From: Bacteriovoracaceae bacterium
GTDB taxonomy: Bacteria; Bdellovibrionota; Bacteriovoracia; Bacteriovoracales; Bacteriovoracaceae
Direction of reading: 5' to 3'
Length of the DNA: 37,496 nucleotides
Assembly (NCBI GenBank): GCA_023151145.1
Contig: JAKLJM010000003.1
Location: 1-37,496, forward strand
The notes under the pieces are model-generated. The model was not told where the DNA came from. It ran no database searches and saw only the letters and a list, made by a program, of their open reading frames with translations. This document shows, in pieces, positions 10,076 to 18,440 of the stretch (its first letter is position 1; every line of letters begins with the position of its first letter). The translations under genes and the position numbers were made by a program.

Positions 10076-10762
10076 ATGTTTCCATCTGACACAGAGATTA
10101 TGACTTGGTTTGCGCAATATGCTTATCAGCCTTGGTTAATTTATACAGCTGTCATTGCCATGATGACTCTATCAAGTTTTGGTTTACCGTTACCTGAAGA
10201 AGTAACAATCCTGGCTTTAGGGCTAATCGTTTATATGGGAAGAAATCCTGATCTTTATCCTCCACCAAGTTTGGACTCTGTGCCCGTCGATTTAACTTGG
10301 GCGATGATCATTTGTTTTTTAGCAATTTTTCTGAGTGATTTTCTCGTCTATTTTCTCGGGAGAAAGTTTGGACAAAATTCAAAGGTCCTAGTTTTTATTC
10401 ATCGTTTTATTAGTCCTGAAGCCTTTGATAAAACCAAAGAAATTATTCAAAAACATAGTTTTTGGGTTCCTGCCATTTTTCGTTTCACACCAGGAATTCG
10501 TTTTCCGGGTCATTTTAGCTGTGGCATGCTGGGAATTAAACCTTGGCAATTTTTAACGACAGATGGATTGGCCGCTCTTATCTCTGTTCCCACTCAAGTT
10601 TTTATCTTTGCTTATTATGGAAAAACCATCTTATCGACAATCACTTTAATCAAACAGTACTTATTGATCATTATTTTAATTGTCGCGGTCGTTGTTGTGG
10701 CCTACAAAATGTATCACTGGAGAATTGAAAAACGTCTTAAGGAAAAATTGAGTAAGAAATAA
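10076..10762 (+). CDS. DedA family membrane protein
   Basis: GLPLPEE, RFTPGIR, multiple TM helices; AGGAG RBS. Confidence 0.9.
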   Translation: MFPSDTEIMTWFAQYAYQPWLIYTAVIAMMTLSSFGLPLPEEVTILALGLIVYMGRNPDLYPPPSLDSVPVDLTWAMIICFLAIFLSDFLVYFLGRKFGQNSKVLVFIHRFISPEAFDKTKEIIQKHSFWVPAIFRFTPGIRFPGHFSCGMLGIKPWQFLTTDGLAALISVPTQVFIFAYYGKTILSTITLIKQYLLIIILIVAVVVVAYKMYHWRIEKRLKEKLSKK

Positions 10763-10807
10763 TGGTCGTCTACTTGTGCAATTTTTTAGCTCTTCTATGC
10801 TTAATAA

Positions 10808-11602
10808 ATGGGTATTAAAAAATTCCTAATATTCGCCATTTCTTTTTTCAGTATCAATTCGATACAGGCGCTTACTAAAATAAAAATTGCAACCTTAGAG
10901 TGGGCACCATATACCTGTTCACGTTGTCCGGATGGAGGAGTCGCCTCTAAAGTTCTTAAAGAATTTTTTTTAAAACAAGGTTATGAAGTTGAGTTGTCAT
11001 TTTACCCTTGGGCAAGAGCTGTTAAGCTTACAGAAAATGATCAAGTCGATGCTCTATGGCCTTGTTGGCCGAATGATGTTTCAGGTACAAAACTGAAAGT
11101 GGGAACACCATTTTTTAAGAGTACATTCGGTTTTATTTCACGCAAATCAAGCAATATTGAATTAAAACAAATTGAAGATTTAGGCAAATATCGCACGGGT
11201 GCTGTGGCCGGATATGGATATGATGAAGATATTTTACAAGTACTAAAAAGTGTTCCTAAAAAAGTTCAATATGTTACAGACGATAAATCTAATCTCAAAA
11301 AACTAATAGGCAATAGAATAGACATAGCCTTAATTGATTTAATAAATTATGAATACTCTTCTAAGTTTTTGTCGGTTGGTGAAAAAGAAGAATTAGTTGT
11401 TCAAAAAAATTTACAACGAAATTTAGATTTGGCTCTTGGCTTTACTGAAAATAATTTTTTAAAATACAATGAAATACTTAAGAAAGGTTTACAGCAATTT
11501 GATTTTGAAAAAAAATTAGCTGAGGAGCTTAGAAAACAAATGCTCGCTCCTCAGACTAAAGTAGAAGTGACAAATACTTATCTTTTTGCAATTAAACCTT
11601 GA
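10808..11602 (+). CDS. Orphan periplasmic solute-binding protein, family 3
   Basis: Signal peptide, EWAPY, PWARA, GYGY, LKKL..NRID. Confidence 0.82.
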   Translation: MGIKKFLIFAISFFSINSIQALTKIKIATLEWAPYTCSRCPDGGVASKVLKEFFLKQGYEVELSFYPWARAVKLTENDQVDALWPCWPNDVSGTKLKVGTPFFKSTFGFISRKSSNIELKQIEDLGKYRTGAVAGYGYDEDILQVLKSVPKKVQYVTDDKSNLKKLIGNRIDIALIDLINYEYSSKFLSVGEKEELVVQKNLQRNLDLALGFTENNFLKYNEILKKGLQQFDFEKKLAEELRKQMLAPQTKVEVTNTYLFAIKP

Positions 11603-12519
11603 GAGGCGAGGGCAGCACTGGTGAGCTTATACAATAAGCGCATTCCAACATTGGCATCCCATTCATCACCTTTTACACCCGATGGTGCAACTTCAACTAA
11701 ATCAAAACCAACAATGGTTCTTCCGCTATCGACAATTTCTTTAACAATTGAAACGAGTTCGTCTCTAGCGATTGATTGAAAGTTTTCACCTTTCATTTTT
11801 CTTTCAGCTAATTTTGCATCGAAGAATGTTTTAATTTTTTTATGAGATTCAATAAATTCATATTCCTCTTGGCAAAAGTCGCGAATTCCCACTTGTACGA
11901 GTTTTGAAACTCCTGAGATCTTCGTCATCACATTGTGCATGATAGAGGCGTGTGAGTGATTAAATCCCATGTAAGCATTTCTGGTATCAGAGTGTGCATC
12001 AAAATGCAGAATTCCCATTCCTTCATATTTTTCAGCGTAAGCTTTAATAGCACCAAAAGGAGTTGAATGATCTCCGCCAACGAGGACACTCATTTTATTC
12101 ATCTTTAAGACACGTTTTGTTTCTTTATAAACATAGTCATTTAGTTTATCAGAGTACTCGTTAACTTTTGCCAGTGTTTTTTGAAGTGCTTTACTTTTTT
12201 TAATTTCATTTTCACTAGCTTCAATAATTTTTTCGGCTAGTTTTCTTCCTTCTTTATTCAATTTTTTGATATTGGAATTTTCCTTAGTCATAAAAAGACC
12301 AGTTTTAAAGGCATCTATATAATCAAGATCAAAAAAATCAATTTGTGCCGAAGCATTAAGCATCGCTTTTGGGCCTTTATGAGTTCCATTTCCGTACGAC
12401 GTTGTTACATCCCACGGTACAGGAAGATAGATAACGGTAGATTCTTTTTCGTTGTACGGAAGACCGAAAATTCCATCATCACTTGATGCTTTTGCGTTTA
12501 AGTCAATTTCTTTTGCCAT
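11578..12519 (-). CDS. Agmatinase/arginase-family protein lacking the internal DxDxxDP..PGG segment
   Basis: GGDHS, HFDAHSD, SHAS, VGIRD, GFDLVEV are present; the conserved second metal-binding motif is absent at ...SIAR|DELV... Confidence 0.85.
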   Translation of the reverse strand: MAKEIDLNAKASSDDGIFGLPYNEKESTVIYLPVPWDVTTSYGNGTHKGPKAMLNASAQIDFFDLDYIDAFKTGLFMTKENSNIKKLNKEGRKLAEKIIEASENEIKKSKALQKTLAKVNEYSDKLNDYVYKETKRVLKMNKMSVLVGGDHSTPFGAIKAYAEKYEGMGILHFDAHSDTRNAYMGFNHSHASIMHNVMTKISGVSKLVQVGIRDFCQEEYEFIESHKKIKTFFDAKLAERKMKGENFQSIARDELVSIVKEIVDSGRTIVGFDLVEVAPSGVKGDEWDANVGMRLLYKLTSAALASQGLIAKR

Positions 12520-12775
12520 GAAAAACTCCTGCAATTGTTATTTGAAAACTCAAGATTCACTTAATTTATAATGGAGGAATAGTGCCATTGTGACCCTTTT
12601 TTGAAAACCAAAAGTTTGAAATTTTTGATGATCAATATCTAAATAATAGATCTCCAATTGAATTCACTCAGTTGAAGTGTTAGGTGGCGGTATTTTTTGT
12701 GGTCATAGCTTGCATCTTTGGCAAGGAGGGAGTAGCTTTCGGCCGAATCAAGCGTCAATTACCAAGGAAATGACC

Positions 12776-13867
12776 ATGAAACTTACCCAAGTTTTCTTAT
12801 CTCTGGCCCTCGCCTCGTCTATTGCTTTAAGAGCAGAGGATGGAGCCTATTTAGATCCAAAATATCCCAATCTGGTTCATCCAAAAGTAACAAAACTGCA
12901 ATTTAAAGGTGAAGCTAAATCAGACACTCTTAGCGTCCTAAAGAACCAATCTGCCGTACGTTCTCAGGGCGGACGTGGAACATGTTCAATATTTTCGGCC
13001 ACTGCCTATATTGAAAGTTTATTAATCCAAAAAGGTTATTTCCAAAATGATGTTGATCTTTCTGAAGAATGGTTGGAGTTTACGGCCGTTGGAGGCTCAA
13101 CTAGTGATGGCTCTTATGCTACGAAAAATTTTAATGCCTTAAAAAATTACGGGATTCCCACTGAAAAAACTTTGCCTTATATTTCTTCAGACTGGGTAGA
13201 TGGTTACCATTATTTAACTGAAAAACGTTGTGGTCATTTGACTGGAACGAAAAAAACCGCCTGTCAGGTTGTTCACTTTGATCCTACTTTATTAAAGAAA
13301 ACTGATTCAGAACTTCTCGATCAAACATCAGTAATTTTTAATCCAGAATTTGTTACTGCAAGAACAGAAGCAAAAGAAATTAGAGATCAATACATAAAAG
13401 TGACAACTACTTATTACAATATCTACGATACAGCAGAAGTAAAAAAACTTTTATTACAAGGTAAACCAGTTGTCCTTGAATCAGACTTTTATTACGGAGC
13501 TTGGAATCACCGTAAAGCAGAAGAACTAGGCATTAAACGTAATATGGATCATTGGAATAAAGGAATCGTTATTAGCCCAATTCCAGGTTCATTAGATGCA
13601 GTGAAATCTCCTACAAAGCCTGCAGGTCATTCTATTTTAGTTGTAGGTTTTGATGATCAAAAAACTGTGGAAGCCAATATTCAAATGAATGATGGAACGA
13701 TAAAAAAAGTCACTTTTAAAGGTGTTTATTATTTTAAAAATAGCTGGGGAAGTGATTCTTTCGGTCGTGATTTTGAAGTTGATGGCCAAAAATTTCCAGG
13801 CTATGGAATGATGGTGCAAGAATATGCTCATCGCGAAGGTTCATTTTACTTATTAGAAATTAAATAA
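12776..13867 (+). CDS. Secreted C1 (papain-like) cysteine peptidase
   Basis: QGGRGTCSIFS, GHSILVVG, KNSWG; AAGGA RBS and signal peptide from ATG 12776. Confidence 0.9.
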   Translation: MKLTQVFLSLALASSIALRAEDGAYLDPKYPNLVHPKVTKLQFKGEAKSDTLSVLKNQSAVRSQGGRGTCSIFSATAYIESLLIQKGYFQNDVDLSEEWLEFTAVGGSTSDGSYATKNFNALKNYGIPTEKTLPYISSDWVDGYHYLTEKRCGHLTGTKKTACQVVHFDPTLLKKTDSELLDQTSVIFNPEFVTARTEAKEIRDQYIKVTTTYYNIYDTAEVKKLLLQGKPVVLESDFYYGAWNHRKAEELGIKRNMDHWNKGIVISPIPGSLDAVKSPTKPAGHSILVVGFDDQKTVEANIQMNDGTIKKVTFKGVYYFKNSWGSDSFGRDFEVDGQKFPGYGMMVQEYAHREGSFYLLEIK

Positions 13868-13903
13868 AAAAAAAGGGCCCACCAATTCTGGTGGGCCCTT
13901 CTT
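13866..13903. terminator. Bidirectional intrinsic terminator
   Basis: 12-bp stem AAGGGCCCACCA/TGGTGGGCCCTT with 4-nt loop and A-tract, between convergent genes. Confidence 0.88.
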
Positions 13904-13933
13904 ACCCGAATCTCATAATTTTTTCCAAACAAA

Positions 13934-14545
13934 CTACTGACATCTTCTCCATTGTAACTTGTACAAGATACCTGTCTTAAAGTCAGCCGAGTCAACAGTG
14001 GCTAGAGCTAAATCGCTATAGCGATTTGTACGAACCAACATAGAAGCATTTACACGTAAAATAGTATCAGCTCCACACGGTGACCAAACAGTTGCTTGAA
14101 GGCCAATAGTGTTTTGAAAATTGTAATCTGTATCAGTACGACCAACAAACGTTCTATCAAAACGTGGACCTTGTGAGCCTGCTAAAAAGTACTCAGCCGT
14201 TAAACGCGCTTGACCTTGTGGTGGTAATGAAACGTATCCACGGTAGTCGACGTCAATAACTGATACTGAAAAACCTTGTGGGACGTGTACTGGAATAGCG
14301 ATGTTACAGCTTTTTCTCTCAAGAGATCGACCGCCGCCTCCGGCTTCTACTACAAATTGATCGAAAATAATTGAAAGTGATTTATTGTCTGGTGAAAGAG
14401 CAGCTGAAGCAGAACCTGCAGGACAGCCTGTTCCACCATATGCTGGTTCACCTAGTTGAATGTCATTTAAATTGGCTTGAGCCATTGTTGAAACAGTAAG
14501 TAGAGTTCCTAGAGCTAATTTTTTTAACACGTTTCCTTTCATCAT
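13934..14545 (-). CDS. Secreted DUF4360 protein
   Basis: GTGCPAGS, IIFDQF, RKSCNI, DYRGY, LQWRRC; GAGGGG RBS before ATG 14545. Confidence 0.88.
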   Translation of the reverse strand: MMKGNVLKKLALGTLLTVSTMAQANLNDIQLGEPAYGGTGCPAGSASAALSPDNKSLSIIFDQFVVEAGGGGRSLERKSCNIAIPVHVPQGFSVSVIDVDYRGYVSLPPQGQARLTAEYFLAGSQGPRFDRTFVGRTDTDYNFQNTIGLQATVWSPCGADTILRVNASMLVRTNRYSDLALATVDSADFKTGILYKLQWRRCQ

Positions 14546-14661
14546 TTTTTCCCCTCTTGAAAAAAGTTTTGTTTCGAGCTTTTTTTGTTTGCTCACAAGA
14601 TTTAGTTGTAAAGAAAAAACTTTTTAAAGAAAAGTCTAAACTGACTGAGCTTTTTGATTGC

Positions 14662-14696
14662 TCGCCAGTTGGCGAACTCACTTCGCCAGGTGGTGA
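14662..14696. promoter_or_regulatory. Tandem palindromic operator-like sites
   Basis: TCGCCA-GT-TGGCGA (14662-14675) and TCGCCA-GG-TGGTGA (14683-14696), 21 bp apart, GC-rich within an AT-rich divergent intergenic region. Confidence 0.6.
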
Positions 14697-14799
14697 ACAT
14701 TCAAATATTGCAGAATTGTTATGATTGAATAAAGTTATTTCTTCCATTAATTAATAAGAAGAATCACCATTGCGTTGATTGGAATAGAGGGGGAAATTT

Positions 14800-15573
14800 A
14801 TGGGAACAATGTTTACAAAAAAATCACTAATAGGATGTGCACTCTTCTTAGTCTCATCTTTTTCGTTTGCTCAATCACTACAGTTTACATCTATTAGAAC
14901 CGGCGGAGTTGGTTGTCCGGTTGACGTGACATCTATTGCCACAGCTCCAGATTTAAGTAGTGCCAGTATTATCTTTGATCGCTTTGAAGCTCGAGTTCCG
15001 TTACAAATGCCAAACGGTGGCATGCGATCAATGATTGATGTTCCTTGTAATATCTTTGTCGAAATGGATTTACCTTCAGGGCATAAAATTGAAGAAATGG
15101 AAGTAACTTATGATCTAAGAGGGCAAACGTTTTTAGATCCAGGAGTCGCGGGAAGCTTTAGAAGTTTTATGATGTCTATTGCGGGAAATTCTGTACCAAG
15201 AAGTAGAGCGCCAAGAAGTGTTGTAGAAAAAACTTGGAATAATACTTATGTTGAGCAATCAGATGACTTCTATGTTCAACATGTACAAAAAATTCCTGTC
15301 CTTTCTAATTGTAGTAATGGAAGAGATAAAGTGGCCATGCACCTTCAGCACCATGTGGAAGCAAAGATTCTTAATCAGGCAGATGTATTTAGTCGCGAAG
15401 GATTTATTATTGTCGATTCATCCGACATATCAGGCGGGGTTCGATTAAAGGCTAGAATTAGTCGATGTACAATCGGTGGCAACGGAAATGGAAACGGTAA
15501 TGGTAATGGAGGAAGAACCTGTCGAACAGTGATTGTTCGCGGTCGTCCGGTTCAATCTTGCACCGAAAATTAG
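14800..15573 (+). CDS. Secreted DUF4360 protein (divergent paralogue) with GN-repeat tail
   Basis: GVGCP, IIFDRF, PCNI, YDLRG, VDSSD; signal peptide. Confidence 0.75.
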   Translation: MGTMFTKKSLIGCALFLVSSFSFAQSLQFTSIRTGGVGCPVDVTSIATAPDLSSASIIFDRFEARVPLQMPNGGMRSMIDVPCNIFVEMDLPSGHKIEEMEVTYDLRGQTFLDPGVAGSFRSFMMSIAGNSVPRSRAPRSVVEKTWNNTYVEQSDDFYVQHVQKIPVLSNCSNGRDKVAMHLQHHVEAKILNQADVFSREGFIIVDSSDISGGVRLKARISRCTIGGNGNGNGNGNGGRTCRTVIVRGRPVQSCTEN

Positions 15574-15698
15574 AAAATACTTGGGTAAGAAGTTAATATT
15601 AGGGAATTTGGAGCCAAAATGGCCCACAAATTCTTTTTGTTTCTGACAGCGAATGAAAAAGAATTAACAAGAAAGTAGCTTTTTTTTAAAGTGAATTT

Positions 15699-16544
15699 AT
15701 GGATGATTGTTCACTCGAAAATTCACATTCACTAAAAACTACAGTTAATTCTGAACTAAGAGAACTTCTGAAATCTTACTTAGAAAGACACCCTAAGCTC
15801 ACGATGAATGCTTTGTCACAAAGAGCAGGAGTGGCCGGAACAACGCTTAGAAGATTGTTACAAGAAGAGAATCGAAGTGAAGTGGCTCCGCATACTGTCT
15901 TGCAATTAGTTTCCTACATCTATAAAGAGCGAAAAATTTCAAAACTTTTAGAGGTGTGCACTGGAGAAATTGGAGAATTATTAAAACGTTCATTTGATCA
16001 ATTTATTTTTGATGCTGAAAAATCAGACCATAAACTAAATACAGATCATAATGAATTATTTAAAGATGAAACCATGTATGTGATTTATAAGTTAGCGGCT
16101 AATAAATTTGGAACAAGCAGAGTAGAAGTTGAAGCAGTTGTGGGTTCTATGGGGATGAAAAAGCTAGAGAAGCTTTTATCTCTAGAGACACTGACAGAAG
16201 ATCAAAATGGACGCATCCATGCTGTAGAAAAAAACTTTTCAGTAGATCTAAAACTTGCTCATCAGCTAACGCATGTTCTTTTAGATTTTTATAAACCAGA
16301 AAAAGTAGCCGATGGTTTAAATTTATTTTACTCCCTTTCTGAAGGTTTAAATGCAGAGGGAATTAAAAAAGTTAAAGAAATTGAAAAAGAAGCAGTTTTA
16401 AAAGTTTTTGAAGTAATGAATAACGAAAATTATCAAGGATTGATTCCGTATTTTTCAATTGTGCTTTCAGATGTCATGGGGAAAAGTGACTCCGCTTGCA
16501 ATTTAAATGATTTTGAAGACCAGAATAGGAGAGTGGTTCAATGA
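15699..16544 (+). CDS. HTH-containing protein resembling the TIGR02147/DUF4423-type regulators
   Basis: N-terminal HTH (LTMNALSQRAGVAGTTLRRLL), central winged-helix-like segment; family call is by resemblance only. Confidence 0.55.
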   Translation: MDDCSLENSHSLKTTVNSELRELLKSYLERHPKLTMNALSQRAGVAGTTLRRLLQEENRSEVAPHTVLQLVSYIYKERKISKLLEVCTGEIGELLKRSFDQFIFDAEKSDHKLNTDHNELFKDETMYVIYKLAANKFGTSRVEVEAVVGSMGMKKLEKLLSLETLTEDQNGRIHAVEKNFSVDLKLAHQLTHVLLDFYKPEKVADGLNLFYSLSEGLNAEGIKKVKEIEKEAVLKVFEVMNNENYQGLIPYFSIVLSDVMGKSDSACNLNDFEDQNRRVVQ

Positions 16545-16837
16545 AAAAATTAGTAAAAAAATGGATGGTTTTTTCCCTATTGATTCTTTTTTCTTTCAAC
16601 ATGAAAGCTTCAAGAATGGTGCAGGTCAATGGAGAACTTACTGGCGCAGGATCAAAATACTCTGTAAAATCCCTGGTTGGATTTATTCATAATCGCGAAG
16701 TTTTACCAAAAGAAAAATGTTCAAAAATCATTCTAAAAAAATCGGATAATCCAAGGATTTCAGACATCACGAAAGTGGAAATCAACGGTGAAGTAGTTGA
16801 AGCTCATCAGTTTGATGGTTTTGTTGTTCAAGAATAA
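16541..16837 (+). CDS. Small secreted hypothetical protein
   Basis: ATGA overlap with the upstream gene, GGAG RBS, signal peptide. Confidence 0.7.
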   Translation: MKKLVKKWMVFSLLILFSFNMKASRMVQVNGELTGAGSKYSVKSLVGFIHNREVLPKEKCSKIILKKSDNPRISDITKVEINGEVVEAHQFDGFVVQE

Positions 16838-16976
16838 TTTCACACATGGCCCAGTCTAAGTTTTTCCGGCTGGGTCAAATATAAAATTTCTGTCTTAAAT
16901 TATCTTAAGGTTTTGTTTAGAATTTATTCAATTTTAACTTTCTTGAATCAAGAATGAAATTTGATATGATTTGTAA

Positions 16977-17774
16977 GTGAAAACTTCATACCTTAAAATT
17001 ATTATTTTTCTCTTCCTTCTTATTTCCTTTACCACTAAAGCAGACACGGCGACGCCATTAAAATTAGTTACAGGTGAAATGCCGCCTTTTGTAGGAAAAG
17101 ACCTCCCACAGAAAGGTGCTATGAGTGAAGTCGTTTCCAAAGCTTTTATGAAATTAAATATTCCTATCGATATTGAATTTAGACCATGGGCCAGAGGGTA
17201 TAGTGAAACCAAAGAAAATATTTTTTTTGGAACATTCCCTTATGTGAAAACTTCTGGGCGTGAAAAAGATTTTTATTTTTCTACTCCTATTTATGTCACA
17301 AAGCCTAAATTATTTATTCGTTCGGATTTAAACACTCGCAATAAGATAGCAAATCTTTCACAACTTAAAGAACTGCGCTTATGTTCTCCCATTGGCTTTG
17401 CTGTTAATAAAGATTTAATTGAAAAATTTCCACACTTAGAAAAAAATCACTTAGAGCCTCTTGATTTAGCGAGTTGTGCACTAATGCTTTCACAGAAACG
17501 TGCTGATTATTTTATCGTTAACACCGATCAGGGGCGTGCTGCTTTAAAAAAGGTTAATATTGAAAAAGAAATTCACATTATTGATTTGGGCTTAAGAACA
17601 AATGAGTATTATCTTATTGTGCCTAAAACGAATAAAAATGCTCTGAGTGTTTTGAATCAGTTTAATGCTGAAATTATCAAAATGAAAAAATCAGGTGAAG
17701 TTCAAAATATTTTGCGTCAACATTTTTCAAAACATTTTATGGACTCAGAAGTGATCGAATTGGCAGGTTTTTAA
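16977..17774 (+). CDS. Orphan periplasmic solute-binding protein, family 3
   Basis: Signal peptide, GEMPPF, PWARG, FYFSTP, RADY. Confidence 0.85.
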   Translation: MKTSYLKIIIFLFLLISFTTKADTATPLKLVTGEMPPFVGKDLPQKGAMSEVVSKAFMKLNIPIDIEFRPWARGYSETKENIFFGTFPYVKTSGREKDFYFSTPIYVTKPKLFIRSDLNTRNKIANLSQLKELRLCSPIGFAVNKDLIEKFPHLEKNHLEPLDLASCALMLSQKRADYFIVNTDQGRAALKKVNIEKEIHIIDLGLRTNEYYLIVPKTNKNALSVLNQFNAEIIKMKKSGEVQNILRQHFSKHFMDSEVIELAGF

Positions 17775-17790
17775 TTTTTGAATGAGAAAT

Positions 17791-17818
17791 AAAAAAGGGG
17801 AGAATTTCTTCTCCCCCC
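17791..17818 (-). terminator. Intrinsic terminator of peptide-1 mRNA
   Basis: Minus strand GGGGAGAA-gaaa-TTCTCCCC-TTTTTT, just after the TAG. Confidence 0.85.
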
Positions 17819-17823
17819 AAATA

Positions 17824-17913
17824 CTAGAACCACTCCATTAACAATTTTAAAACAGTTGTTAGCAGTTTTAAAATCTGGATAATAATTTCTAGCACTTTCA
17901 ATGCTTTGAGCAT
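17824..17913 (-). CDS. 29-aa amphipathic peptide MLKALKVLEIIIQILKLLTTVLKLLMEWF, putative type I toxin (TisB/DinQ-like)
   Basis: GGAGG 5 nt before the ATG; 90-nt ORF; paralogue of identical length with synonymous/conservative changes; terminator follows the stop. Confidence 0.82.
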   Translation of the reverse strand: MLKALKVLEIIIQILKLLTTVLKLLMEWF

Positions 17914-17960
17914 CCTTGCCTCCAGAAGATCGCCTTCATTGGCGTAAGGAGCTCACCGCT

Positions 17961-17988
17961 TTGATCTTATTTATAAATGTGATAACAT
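17961..17988 (+). promoter_or_regulatory. sigma70-like promoter of sRNA-1
   Basis: TTGATC-N16-TAACAT with extended -10 TG; same position in copy 2. Confidence 0.6.
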
Positions 17989-17993
17989 TAACT

Positions 17994-18069
17994 ACCCCCA
18001 AATACAGGTTTGTTAGACCTGCGGGAATTTTCAATGCTTGAAGACCCCTCTTATCACGAGGGGTTTTTT
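17994..18069 (+). ncRNA. Putative antitoxin sRNA-1 (~75 nt; 5' end inferred)
   Basis: Bounded by a promoter and terminator ACCCCTC/GAGGGGT-TTTTT; internal hairpin CAGGT/ACCTG; two 11-nt segments complementary to the peptide-1 mRNA. Confidence 0.72.
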
Positions 18070-18161
18070 ATTTTCTTTTTTTTTTTAATATTTTGGTAAT
18101 TTTTTTCTCTTATGAAATCAAATAATCGAATTGGTAGGGATTTAATTTTTTAATGTGAAAT

Positions 18162-18189
18162 AAAAAAGGGGAGAATTTCTTCTCCCCCC
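18162..18189 (-). terminator. Intrinsic terminator of peptide-2 mRNA
   Basis: Identical to 17791-17818. Confidence 0.85.
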
Positions 18190-18194
18190 AAATC

Positions 18195-18284
18195 CTAGAA
18201 ATTAGCTTTTAACAGTCTTAAAATTATTACTAGTAATTTTAAGACCAGAACTAACTGCTCTAAGATTTTTAATGCCTTAAGCAT
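18195..18284 (-). CDS. 29-aa amphipathic peptide MLKALKILEQLVLVLKLLVIILRLLKANF, putative type I toxin
   Basis: GGAGGCAAGG-ATG, 90-nt ORF, 16/29 identical to peptide 1. Confidence 0.82.
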   Translation of the reverse strand: MLKALKILEQLVLVLKLLVIILRLLKANF

Positions 18285-18330
18285 CCTTGCCTCCGTAGAT
18301 TAGCCTTCAGTGGCCATAGGAGCTCTCGGC

Positions 18331-18358
18331 TTGAAAAAAATGATAAAAGTGCTAGAAT
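18331..18358 (+). promoter_or_regulatory. sigma70-like promoter of sRNA-2
   Basis: TTGAAA-N16-TAGAAT with extended -10 TG. Confidence 0.65.
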
Positions 18359-18364
18359 TAGTTA

Positions 18365-18440
18365 TCCCCTAAGTCCAGGTTTACTAGACCTATTAGGAGA
18401 TTTTTAATGCCTAAACCCCTCTTACCACGAGGGGTTTTTT
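18365..18440 (+). ncRNA. Putative antitoxin sRNA-2 (~75 nt; 5' end inferred)
   Basis: Promoter and terminator bound it; hairpin CCTAA..AGGT/ACCT..TTAGG; 15-nt perfect and 11-nt G:U-containing complementarity to peptide-2 mRNA. Confidence 0.72.

Noticed and set aside
12700-12717. sigma54 promoter before the C1 peptidase
   Set aside because: GG-to-GC spacing is 9 nt, not the required 10
15475-15512. GGNGNGNGNGG repeat
   Set aside because: Low-complexity linker with mixed codons; not a phase-variable tract
17976-17989. AATGT-GATA-ACATT palindrome as an SOS-type operator of module 1
   Set aside because: Not conserved in module 2, and it overlaps the -10 element
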